From Lachnospiraceae bacterium (GTDB taxonomy: Bacteria > Bacillota > Clostridia > Lachnospirales > Lachnospiraceae): DNA of 64,000 bases. Below, one piece after another: positions 51,056 to 59,873 of this stretch. The translations under genes were made by a program, and so were the position numbers. A model generated the notes under the pieces. The model searched no databases. It saw only the letters and a program-made list of their open reading frames with translations, and was not told the origin of the DNA. Location of the stretch: the NCBI GenBank assembly GCA_045221675.1, contig JBGUWZ010000012.1:15278-79277 (forward strand). Reading direction: 5' to 3'. Numbering within the stretch: position 1 is the stretch's first letter; each line of letters begins with the position of its first letter.

Positions 51056-51346
51056 TCAGATCTGCCGGCTCGCCTCGAGAAATGACATGCCGGCATTCAG
51101 CCTCTCAATAATCTCTTTCTCCGCCGCTTCAATCTCAAGGGCTGTTTTCAGGACCTCTTCAGCACGCTCAAACGGAACGGCAACCGCGCCGTTTCCGTCA
51201 CCGCATATGAGATCCCCGGGATTCACCTGGATCCCGGCAATACTGACAGTAACCCCGACCCTGTCCATCGCGTCTGAAATATTCGGCACATCAATTTTAC
51301 TAAAGGCTTCGATTATTTCCTTCGGCAGTGTTCTCTCCGGAAGCAT
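51056..51346 (-). pseudogene. RraA/HMG-aldolase family gene with a large in-frame internal deletion
   Basis: N-terminal ISDAMDR joined directly to C-terminal VSIAGIQVNPGDLICGDGNGAV. Confidence 0.75.
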
Positions 51347-51412
51347 AATTTCTTCTCTCCTTAACTTCTGATAAAAAATCAACTGCTGCGATTAACGTTT
51401 TTTATATACGAT

Positions 51413-52054
51413 TTATCTGAGATGTCTCAGAGTCTCAAACATGTTTTCATGGACCACATCTCTCGGCTCGAATCCGAAGAGACCAAAGACGATCTGCATC
51501 GCTGTCCCCATGAAAATGACAGACAGCGCCGTTCCAAGGCCGATCGGTCCGTCAAGGAACAGGGCAAGCAAAAAAACAACAGCCATAATAAGAATCTGTA
51601 CCATTCCTACCGAAAGACCGGGCAGTCTTCGGGCGATGCCCAGAGTCAGCGAATCACGCGGTCCGCAGCCCTGCCCTGCCAGAATATAGATGTACTGGCC
51701 ATACGCCATAATAAACAGCCCCACAATCAGCATCAGTGCTCCGATGATCATGGTCCTCGTCTCAGGCAGGGGACTGATCCAGGCGATAAAGTCCACATAG
51801 TAACCGGTCAGAACAGCGTCGAACAGCGTCCCAAAGCCGATTGGCTCTCTCATCACTATGTCTGTGACCAGAATGATCACATTGATACAGGCAAAGATTG
51901 TACCGTAGCTGACGCCGGTCCTGCCGGAAATGCCCATGCACAGAGCATCCCATGGGGCTATGCCTATTGATGCGTGGATCGTCAGATAAAGCCCTGCCGC
52001 GAACACAAAGAGACCGGCATTCACGCGGATCCATTTCATAATATACTTTTTCAT
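51413..52054 (-). CDS. YczE/YyaS-like membrane protein
   Basis: GIAPWDAL, GTLFD, GCGPRDSL, GPIGLGT; start uncertain. Confidence 0.82.
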   Translation of the reverse strand: MKKYIMKWIRVNAGLFVFAAGLYLTIHASIGIAPWDALCMGISGRTGVSYGTIFACINVIILVTDIVMREPIGFGTLFDAVLTGYYVDFIAWISPLPETRTMIIGALMLIVGLFIMAYGQYIYILAGQGCGPRDSLTLGIARRLPGLSVGMVQILIMAVVFLLALFLDGPIGLGTALSVIFMGTAMQIVFGLFGFEPRDVVHENMFETLRHLR

Positions 52055-52168
52055 AAGACACTTCATTGCTCTTCAGAATTGAACGCGAATTCCGGGCCAC
52101 GTCTCGCAGATAAGTTTCATTTTGCGCACTCATCACAGACTTGTGTCACGAGAATTCTGCGTCAGAGA

Positions 52169-52588
52169 TTAATAAGGCTTATTGTAATAGATGAACGATC
52201 CTTTACAGAGCAGTCTGTCCTCTTCTCCCAGTACTTCTGTATCGATATAGGAGAACGTTCTTCCCGCGCGCCGCACCGTGCCGACGCATCGAAGAGACTT
52301 CTCCCCCTTCGTCCCGCTCACATACTCAATATTCCCGGATACAGTGGGACCCAGACCGCCGCCGCATATATTTGCAACACCTGCTGTGATATCCATCAGG
52401 TTGAACAGGACACCTCCGTAGACCATATCATAAAGATTCATATGTTCTGCTCTCACCGGAAGGATAGCCTCGCACCGGTTCTTCTCGAGGAGAGTAAATG
52501 TTATTCCATTATCCTCCTCACCTCGCCGGACTGCGTACTCCATGTCCCGTTTCTTTTCATCTGTCGTATCTAAAAAATCAAGTCTCAT
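52169..52588 (-). CDS. PaaI family thioesterase (hotdog fold)
   Basis: NLYDMVYGGVLFNLMD, VRRAGRT. Confidence 0.82.
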   Translation of the reverse strand: MRLDFLDTTDEKKRDMEYAVRRGEEDNGITFTLLEKNRCEAILPVRAEHMNLYDMVYGGVLFNLMDITAGVANICGGGLGPTVSGNIEYVSGTKGEKSLRCVGTVRRAGRTFSYIDTEVLGEEDRLLCKGSFIYYNKPY

Positions 52589-52850
52589 GAGCGTTCTCCT
52601 TTAACACTTCTTTCCTGTTCCTGTAACAGTTCAGACAGGCGCATCTCACAGTTCGCTTATCCGGCAGCAAATCATCTTTCTTCGTGAGAAAAGCATTACT
52701 TGAATTTTTGATCCGAAAAAGTCATGCCGCCCCAGACAAAGATAACCGTACCGTCACAAAGTGTCAATCTGTAGTTCAGAAATTCTAATCGATCAGCCGC
52801 ACTTTGAATGTGCGGCTGACCGATTACCGTTAATTGATTTCAGTGCTCTA

Positions 52851-53285
52851 TCAGTGGAACAGCGGATACAGGATGCCGATCCAGATGACCATCAGAGCGC
52901 CGCCGATTCGTGTGGAGATGGATGCAAATGCAAGCAGGTTCATACGATTGGCTGCAGAAAGGACCGCAAGGTCATCGGAACCGCCGATGTTGCAGCAGCA
53001 CAGACCTGCGGTAACGCCCGCTTCATATCCGAAGAGGCCGGTAAGATGACCGAACAGGCAGGCACCGACGAATGCGCCGAGGACTGCGATGATGATGACG
53101 ATGAAAGCGCCCGGAGTAAAGTACTCTGTCAGAGACGCGAAATTCAGAGAATTGATACCGATACCTGCGATCAGCATCGGAAGGAGCGCGCGGAGTGCAA
53201 AGTTCATGCTGTAGACCGAATAATCTTCGAACTGAGCCGGCAGGATGCCTGTGCACTTGATGATGATGCCGATAAAGTCGACATC
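52851..53285 (-). pseudogene. C-terminal fragment of a 2-hydroxycarboxylate (CitS/MaeN-type) transporter
   Basis: AGLCCCNIGGSDDLAVLSAANRMNLLAFASISTRIGG; no 5' part. Confidence 0.75.
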
Positions 53286-53286
53286 G

Positions 53287-53519
53287 AGATCCCACGCAAG
53301 TATCGTGAACTGATTGTTATGGCTATCGGCATGGCGACAGGCACCGAGACCACAATTCGTGTCCACGCCAACCTTGCGCTTAAATTCGGTGCGACCCTCG
53401 ATGAGATTACAGAAGTCATCCGCATCGTCTTTTTCACCTGCGGCGTCACAAAGCTTCTGCCGACGTTGGAAATACTCTCAGATCTCTTAGAGCCGGTCGA
53501 TGAATCGGAAAACAATTGA
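53287..53519 (+). pseudogene. C-terminal fragment of a carboxymuconolactone decarboxylase family gene
   Basis: IPRKYRELIVMAI...HANLALKFGATLDEITE; no start or RBS. Confidence 0.7.
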
Positions 53520-53886
53520 TTTAGTCAAACGGGGCTGCCGAATTCGGCAGCCCTGTTTCTTTTTCACAGAGATGATAAATTCGACCAGTGAAAACAGATT
53601 TCTCTTTCTCACGTACATGTGATACAATAAAATCAGTTTTTAAATCGCGATCTCTGATTGCGCGCGAGCTACGCGACGCACTTTATGCGTCTTCCTTTGC
53701 GCAGCTCTGCTATCCGCCGTGCCTAAGCATGCGTGTAACAATGCTCCAGTGGAGCATTGTGCAACTGAGTCTCAAACAAGGGCACAGGCTTTAACCCATG
53801 TTGAAGACGAGTTTGTTTTTGCACATTCCTCGTAGACTTACGTCACGAGAATCCTGTGTTGAAGGTTGAAAGGACCCATCTGCCCC

Positions 53887-54357
53887 ATGAATATCGATTC
53901 CAACGTTTTTATTGCCCCGGGAGCTCAGATCATTGGTGATGTCAGCATAAAATCCGGCAGCAGCGTCTGGTACAACGCCGTCCTTCGAGGCGACGAGGGA
54001 GCCATCTGCATCGGAAGCAATACCAATATCCAGGATCTTGTCATGGTCCACGTCAGCAAAAACACGTCTACCGTGATCGGCGACAATGTCACTGTCGGCC
54101 ACGGAGCCGTCATCCACGGCTGCACGATTGAAGACAATGTTCTCATCGGTATGGGATCCATCATTCTGGACAGAGCTCAGATCGGAAAGAACTCTATCGT
54201 AGGCGCAGGCTCTCTGGTCACGAAGGGCAAATGTTTTCCGGAGGGCTCCCTCATACTCGGAAGCCCTGCCAAAGTGAAACGTCCGCTGACCGCGGAAGAG
54301 ATTGAAAATGTGCAAAACTCCGCAAAAAACTATACCGCTCTCGCCGGCCTTACATGA
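53887..54357 (+). CDS. Gamma-carbonic anhydrase family (hexapeptide repeat) protein
   Basis: IIGDVSI, NIQD, TVGHGAVIHGC; GAAAGGA RBS. Confidence 0.9.
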   Translation: MNIDSNVFIAPGAQIIGDVSIKSGSSVWYNAVLRGDEGAICIGSNTNIQDLVMVHVSKNTSTVIGDNVTVGHGAVIHGCTIEDNVLIGMGSIILDRAQIGKNSIVGAGSLVTKGKCFPEGSLILGSPAKVKRPLTAEEIENVQNSAKNYTALAGLT

Positions 54358-54434
54358 TTAAAAGCCGGTCCACGTTGGTACCGGTCGCGTGTTCATTACG
54401 ACCATCATTCCGCTCATAGGAAAGGATTATTTTT

Positions 54435-55178
54435 ATGAATATATATGCATGCAGTGATATCCACGGCCAGTACGGGCTTTTTCAGAAGATGCTGAAGGAC
54501 ATCCGCTTCTCGGATGACGATCTCCTCTATATTGTCGGGGATGTTATTGACAGAGGTCCGGAAAGCATTCCCATGCTCCTTGATATCATGAGCCGGGACA
54601 ATATCATTTGCCTCCTCGGAAATCACGAGCTCATGATGTACACGAACTACCGGTTCCCGGAAAAGGAAAACTACTGGCTGCACAGTTCGAATGGCGGAAC
54701 CGTCACGAGAAACGCTTTTAACAAAGAGTCCAAGGACACGCAAAAGGCAATTCTGGATTATCTCGGCGGAATGGCTCTCCAGGTCGAGCTTCCCATCGCC
54801 GACACACGCTATCTCCTCAGCCACTCGGATTTCATCCCTGAAAGAGGCAGCGTGCTCTTTAAGGATATCTCTTACAAGGACGCTTTCGATACCGTCTGGA
54901 ATTCCCCCTGGCGTATGTGGGAATATGTCCCGAAGAGCAAGTATCAAAAGGACAGCCGGCTCCACGTGATCGGCCACGTCCCGGTCCAGTTCATCTCTGA
55001 GAATCCTGAGCCCCTCGCGGCCTTCATTGATGAAGAACACCACATAGTGAACATTGACCTCGGGTGTGCCGGTATCGGGCTTCGGACCGGAAAAGCGACC
55101 GGGCGGGCTCTTTGCTGCATGAACCTCACCGCCTATGCGGAGGGAGCCGGGAAGGACGCTTTCACGTATTATCAATAA
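54435..55178 (+). CDS. Calcineurin-like metallophosphoesterase (Ser/Thr phosphatase family)
   Basis: SDIHG, GDVIDRG, GNHE, GHVP, NIDLG. Confidence 0.88.
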   Translation: MNIYACSDIHGQYGLFQKMLKDIRFSDDDLLYIVGDVIDRGPESIPMLLDIMSRDNIICLLGNHELMMYTNYRFPEKENYWLHSSNGGTVTRNAFNKESKDTQKAILDYLGGMALQVELPIADTRYLLSHSDFIPERGSVLFKDISYKDAFDTVWNSPWRMWEYVPKSKYQKDSRLHVIGHVPVQFISENPEPLAAFIDEEHHIVNIDLGCAGIGLRTGKATGRALCCMNLTAYAEGAGKDAFTYYQ

Positions 55179-55296
55179 TTAATACTACACGAAACAGTTC
55201 AGACAGGATGCTTTGCTGCCGATAACGGAATTCATGAGCACCTGACTGAACTGTCATCGGCAACTAAAACTGTGTGAAGATTTTACAAATTGATGC

Positions 55297-55325
55297 TTGA
55301 CACTAGAAGCGTAGAATTGTATAAT
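55297..55325 (+). promoter_or_regulatory. Consensus sigma-A promoter of tRNA-Met
   Basis: TTGACA-17 bp-TATAAT. Confidence 0.85.
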
Positions 55326-55360
55326 AATCAAGCGTTGAAAAAACAGCGCAAATTAAATAT

Positions 55361-55434
55361 GGCGAGATAGCTCAGCTGGCTAGAGCACGCGGTTCATACC
55401 CGCGGTGTCGAGGGTTCAAATCCCCCTCTCGCTA
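55361..55434 (+). tRNA. tRNA-Met (CAT), elongator type; CCA not encoded
   Basis: Cloverleaf GGCGAGA/TCTCGCT-A, D arm AGCTCAGCTGGCTAGAGC, anticodon loop TTCATAC, GTTCAAATC T arm. Confidence 0.95.
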
Positions 55435-55440
55435 TCTTAC

Positions 55441-55482
55441 AAAACCCCGATAGACGCATAATAAGCGCAAATCGGGGTTTTT
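55441..55482 (+). terminator. Terminator after tRNA-Met
   Basis: AAAACCCCGAT...ATCGGGGTTTTT. Confidence 0.75.
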
Positions 55483-55612
55483 CTTTGTCCAAAAATCAAC
55501 TCATCTTGTTCCTTAAGTAATTTACTAATAATTCACATGCCATAAATGGGCTTAAACCTTTGAAAACTCAATAATTCAGGCAATCAGATAGAATTTTAGG
55601 CAGTCATTGCCG

Positions 55613-56353
55613 CTACACCAGCGAATTACGGATATATTCTGGGAGACGGCCGACGAACATCTCGATGAACATGGCTAACTGATTGTCCGTTGGCTGGAAA
55701 ACGGCGCATACACTCTCTATCAGAGCCACCATAATGATCTGGAAGGATTCCCCGAATGTGATATCCACCAGTTCGTCGGTGAAAAAAAGAATATCTCGAC
55801 ATGCGTGCGGTCATCCTCACATCTCCGCTGCCCCATCGCAATCATGAAATATCTCGTAAATACGATTGCTATATGGGCAGTCAAGGCTTCAAAGGACCGG
55901 CTGTAGCATTCGCTGACCAACTGAAGATAACTTTTGCAGGTCTTGAAAAAGACCTCTACCTGCCATCTTTTTCCATAAACACGGATAATCTCCTCTTCAG
56001 AGAGAGCCGGATTTGTGCAGATAAAGGCAATCCAGTCCTTCTTGTTCTTCTTGTTTCGCACACATACAATCTTTGCCGGGATCTTCCGGTCTTTGCAGAC
56101 CATAACATTTAAAGAAAGCAGATATTTGCTGCGGCCGTGACACTCCTTGCAGATGCTTAAGATTTTATTTAATGGTGAGCCGTTCTCCATTGTACTCATA
56201 GTATATACGGGAACTCTTCCTGGTCATGGCAATGGAATCCAGCCCGAGGTCTTTGACAGCAATGAGCTGCGCAGGGCTGGAGAACCACGTATCAAACAGG
56301 ACGTAGTCTGCATGGTGACCAGCGGATCGGACAGTCCTCGGGAGCTTGATCAT
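55613..56353 (-). mobile_element. IS4-family DDE transposase remnant (5'-truncated, frameshifted)
   Basis: Three frames give YVLFDTWF, IYGKRW-like VYGKRWQVEVFFKTCKS and GRLPEYIRNSL; no intact ORF and no terminal IRs seen. Confidence 0.85.
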
Positions 56354-56491
56354 GATTTGTATTTTGCCGCTTTATCCATCCCGTCACTATAGTGTATAAA
56401 AAATTTGATATCATCTGCGAGAAGTACTGTATGATCCAAGGCTATCTTTTTCATTAGTAGATATTACCGCTTAAATGTAAATGAATCTATA

Positions 56492-56520
56492 TTGACATTT
56501 ATCTTATGACAACCTATAAT
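56492..56520 (+). promoter_or_regulatory. Consensus sigma-A promoter of the cas operon
   Basis: TTGACA (56492)-17 bp-TATAAT (56515). Confidence 0.85.
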
Positions 56521-56561
56521 AAGCCGTATGAGGGTTAACACTATTCTTGATATCTTGATAA

Positions 56562-56650
56562 GCAAAAGCATCTTCCATAAAAGATGCTTTCGCCTACCGC
56601 ATAAATATAAATTTTTCAATCCCCAACTTTTTAAAACTACAAAAGTTGAC
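56562..56650 (-). ncRNA. CRISPR-like regulatory RNA (CreR/CreA-like): solitary I-C-type repeat, spacer, terminator hairpin
   Basis: GT-CAACTTTT-N9-AAAAGTTG-GGGATTGAAAA, then spacer ATTTATATTTATGCGGTAGGCG matching 56465-56482 next to a TTC PAM, then hairpin AAAGCATCTT/AAGATGCTTT. Confidence 0.8.
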
Positions 56651-56656
56651 TATTAC

Positions 56657-56685
56657 ATTTTACCCATCTCACAAAAAAGTGGCAA
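56657..56685 (-). promoter_or_regulatory. Promoter of the CRISPR-like RNA
   Basis: TTGCCA-17 bp-TAAAAT on the minus strand; predicted +1 falls on the first G of the repeat. Confidence 0.7.
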
Positions 56686-56705
56686 TACATATTTCGGAGG
56701 ACGAC

Positions 56706-59147
56706 ATGACTCTCTTTCTGGCACACACTAAACTGGATGATAGTGGTAATAGAATTGACCAGACATGTCAGGATCACTGCGACCACACTGCAATTTATGC
56801 CCAAAACAGTCTCCTTTCTGTGGGTCTAGGAAGCACGGCATTTTTAGCTGGTGTAATGCATGATTTCGGGAAATTCACGCTGGCGTTTCAGAAATATTTA
56901 GATGATGCGACTAATGGTCTGAAAGCGAGGCGCGGGAGCGTCAATCATACTTTTGCCGGCGTTAGATACATTTTGAAAAAATTTCACTCTAATCTCGACA
57001 ACCCCATTGAGATTCTGACAAGTGAGATTATTGCCTACGCCATCGGAGCTCATCATGGTCTCTTTGATTGTGTTAGTGAAGACCATAAAAACGGTTTCGA
57101 CCATAGACAAAACAAAGAAGGAATATCCTACCATGAAGCAATGGATAATTTCTTCAGCATTTATTGCTCTACATCCGATATTGAAAAACTATTTTATAAG
57201 TCGGCCAATGAAATAGATACTATACTGTCTGTGCTTGATGAGCTGTTCGATAACTACCAGTCACAAGATGACAATGATCGCAATCAGGAGTATTTTTTTT
57301 ATTTAGGATTACTTGCAAGACTTGTATTATCGGCAGTTGTTGAAGGAGATCGAAGAGATACTTCTGAATTCTATGCAGGAAAACCACAGTTCGAAATCCT
57401 TGCAACCAGAGATTTATGGAATGATACCTTAACTCAAGTGGAAAAACAACTCGCCTTGCTTCCGTGTCAGACAGAAATAGAAAAAGCAAGAAGTCTTCTT
57501 TCAGGAATGTGTCGAGATTCCTCACTAAAAGAATCAGGTATCTATCGACTCAACCTGCCTACCGGTGCGGGCAAAACACTGAGTTCCTTACGATTTGCGC
57601 TTGCTCATGCCAAAGAACATGAAAAAAAACGGATTATCTTTGTTACCCCTTTGCTCAGCATCCTCGACCAGAATGCAGCTGAAATCAGAAAATTTGTCAA
57701 CAATGATGCCATAATCCTCGAACATCACTCCAACATCATACACCCTACCGAAAGCACGGAGGAGTATGACAAATGGGAATACTATACTGAAACCTGGCAC
57801 TCTCCTATCATTATCACTACCATGGTTCAATTCCTGAACACTTTGTTTTCAGGTAAAATGTCCTCTGTTCGCAGACTGCATGCGTTATGCGAAAGCATCA
57901 TCGTCATTGACGAAGTACAGACTGTGCCAGTAAAGATGCTGTCACTATTTAACTCTGCTATGAATTTTCTTCAGACAGTATGCAAAGCAACCATTGTGTT
58001 ATCTTCAGCCACACAACCAACTTTTGAAGGCAATCGTTTCCCGCTGAAAAACATCTCTGGGGATATTGTATGTTGCGGCAAGGAAATCCGGGAGCTATTC
58101 CGTCGCACAACGATTAGTTCATTAGACAGTTGCTCATTAGAAGATACCCCCGCATTAGTTCAAACTTTACTCAACGGCTGCAATAGTCTACTGATTGTCT
58201 GCAACAAGAAAAATGAGGCCTCATATCTCTTTGATCATATTTGCATCGACGGATGCGAAAAATTCCATTTATCTGCTTCGATGTGTATTCAACACCGTCG
58301 GGATATTCTGAACGAGATGAAAACAGCACTGGAAGAAATTAAAAACAGCAACGCAGCAAACTCTCTGGCCTCCCGCAAAGTAATATGCATCTCAACGCAG
58401 GTAATTGAAGCAGGCGTACACATATCTTTCGAAAGAGCCATCAGGTTTTGTGCAGGCATGGACAGCGTTGTTCAGACTGCTGGAAGATGTAACAGAAATG
58501 GTGAAAGCAAGAATGCCGGAGACGTCTATATCCTCTCATGTCTTGACGAAAACCTTAATCGTCTCAAAGAAATCAAAGCGTCAAAAATGGCAACCGAAAG
58601 TCTCCTGACAGAATTTAAAAAGAATAGCTCCAAATTCCAAGAAAACCTGGACAGCGAAGAATCTATCAAGCATTACTACAAGCAATATTTCAATAGCTTC
58701 GGCATAGGCTATCAAGAATATCGTCTACCCAATAAAGAGACTCTTTACAATCTTCTATCCTCTAACGAGCAATATTCAGGTCATCGAGAAGAAAATCAAT
58801 TATATTATTTAAAGCAAGCATTCTCTTCGGCAGGATTAGAATTTAAAGTATTCGATACAGAAAACACTGATGTCATCGTTCCCTATAAAGAAGGAATTCA
58901 AATCATCAACGATTTGAATTCCGAAAAGGCTAGATGGAATGATCATATTGTCTCGGACGCCTTAGAAAAAGCAAAACAATACACCGTTTCTTTGTATTCC
59001 TATCAGCTTAATAAACTGGAAAAATTAGGAGCCCTGTATAAAATACTGGACGATAAAGCAACTGTACTTCAACCACAATTCTATGACGACTATATCGGCG
59101 TCATAGATGAAGATAAAAACTATGGATATTTGGAGGTTAGCATATGA
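56706..59147 (+). CDS. cas3: CRISPR-associated HD nuclease/helicase Cas3 (type I-C)
   Basis: HDFGK, HHG, LPTGAGKT, DEVQ, SATQP, QTAGRCNR; GGAGG RBS before ATG 56706. Confidence 0.96.
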   Translation: MTLFLAHTKLDDSGNRIDQTCQDHCDHTAIYAQNSLLSVGLGSTAFLAGVMHDFGKFTLAFQKYLDDATNGLKARRGSVNHTFAGVRYILKKFHSNLDNPIEILTSEIIAYAIGAHHGLFDCVSEDHKNGFDHRQNKEGISYHEAMDNFFSIYCSTSDIEKLFYKSANEIDTILSVLDELFDNYQSQDDNDRNQEYFFYLGLLARLVLSAVVEGDRRDTSEFYAGKPQFEILATRDLWNDTLTQVEKQLALLPCQTEIEKARSLLSGMCRDSSLKESGIYRLNLPTGAGKTLSSLRFALAHAKEHEKKRIIFVTPLLSILDQNAAEIRKFVNNDAIILEHHSNIIHPTESTEEYDKWEYYTETWHSPIIITTMVQFLNTLFSGKMSSVRRLHALCESIIVIDEVQTVPVKMLSLFNSAMNFLQTVCKATIVLSSATQPTFEGNRFPLKNISGDIVCCGKEIRELFRRTTISSLDSCSLEDTPALVQTLLNGCNSLLIVCNKKNEASYLFDHICIDGCEKFHLSASMCIQHRRDILNEMKTALEEIKNSNAANSLASRKVICISTQVIEAGVHISFERAIRFCAGMDSVVQTAGRCNRNGESKNAGDVYILSCLDENLNRLKEIKASKMATESLLTEFKKNSSKFQENLDSEESIKHYYKQYFNSFGIGYQEYRLPNKETLYNLLSSNEQYSGHREENQLYYLKQAFSSAGLEFKVFDTENTDVIVPYKEGIQIINDLNSEKARWNDHIVSDALEKAKQYTVSLYSYQLNKLEKLGALYKILDDKATVLQPQFYDDYIGVIDEDKNYGYLEVSI

Positions 59148-59872
59148 AGATGAGATATCCGAATATTGTGGAGTTTCAAGTAAGCGGAGACTATGCACTT
59201 TTTTCAGATCCTTTAACGAGAGTCGGTGGCGAGAAATTCAGCTATCAGGTTCCTACGTATGAATCACTAAAAGGAATTATGGCTTCGGTCTACTGGAAGC
59301 CAACTTTAATATGGGTCATCGACAAAGTTCGCGTTATGAAGCCAATACAGACCGAAGTAAAAGGCATAAGACCTATTAAATACTCCGGTGGAAACGACCT
59401 CTCTTATTATACCTACTTGAAAGACTGTGCATATCAAGTCAGAGCACACTTTATATGGAATGAAAACCGGCCAGAACTCAAACATGATCGCATAGAGAAC
59501 AAACATTATGAAATAGCGAAGCGATCTATCATAAAAGGCGGTAGAAGAGACATTTTCCTGGGAACTCGTGAGTGTCAGGGCTATGTGGCACCATGTGTTT
59601 TCGGAACCGGAACAGGAGCCTACGATGGTATTAAGGAGCTTGGGTTTGGTCTGATGTATCATGGCATAACATATGCAGACGAAGCCTACTCATCTGAAAC
59701 CGAAAACCATATGACCGCAAACTTCTGGTATCCAGTCATGAAAAACGGTATTATTGATTTCCTGCCCCCCGAAAAATGTCCTGTTCATAAGGTCCTTCGG
59801 GAAATGCCCATGAAATCATTTGATAATCACATCAACTTTACAGGACTAAACGAATTCGAGGAGGTGACTTGA
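59144..59872 (+). CDS. cas5c: Type I-C Cas5 (Cas5c/Cas5d)
   Basis: YALFSDP, SYQVPTYE, YWKPT, GGRRDIFLGTREC. Confidence 0.95.
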   Translation: MKMRYPNIVEFQVSGDYALFSDPLTRVGGEKFSYQVPTYESLKGIMASVYWKPTLIWVIDKVRVMKPIQTEVKGIRPIKYSGGNDLSYYTYLKDCAYQVRAHFIWNENRPELKHDRIENKHYEIAKRSIIKGGRRDIFLGTRECQGYVAPCVFGTGTGAYDGIKELGFGLMYHGITYADEAYSSETENHMTANFWYPVMKNGIIDFLPPEKCPVHKVLREMPMKSFDNHINFTGLNEFEEVT

Positions 59873-59873
59873 T

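Noticed and set aside
378-55175. Many long ORFs antisense to or overlapping real genes (e.g. 378-1481, 5472-6374, 15603-16613, 38839-39603, 54414-55175)
   Set aside because: Shadow frames of well-supported genes in GC-rich coding DNA; no family motifs or RBS
56646-56705. TTG start for cas3 given by the ORF track
   Set aside because: ATG 56706 has a GGAGG RBS, and the upstream stretch is the antisense RNA promoter
56528-56731. 67-codon leaderless ORF starting at the predicted cas TSS
   Set aside because: No recognisable features; it runs antisense across the CRISPR-like RNA and overlaps the cas3 start, so it is probably incidental
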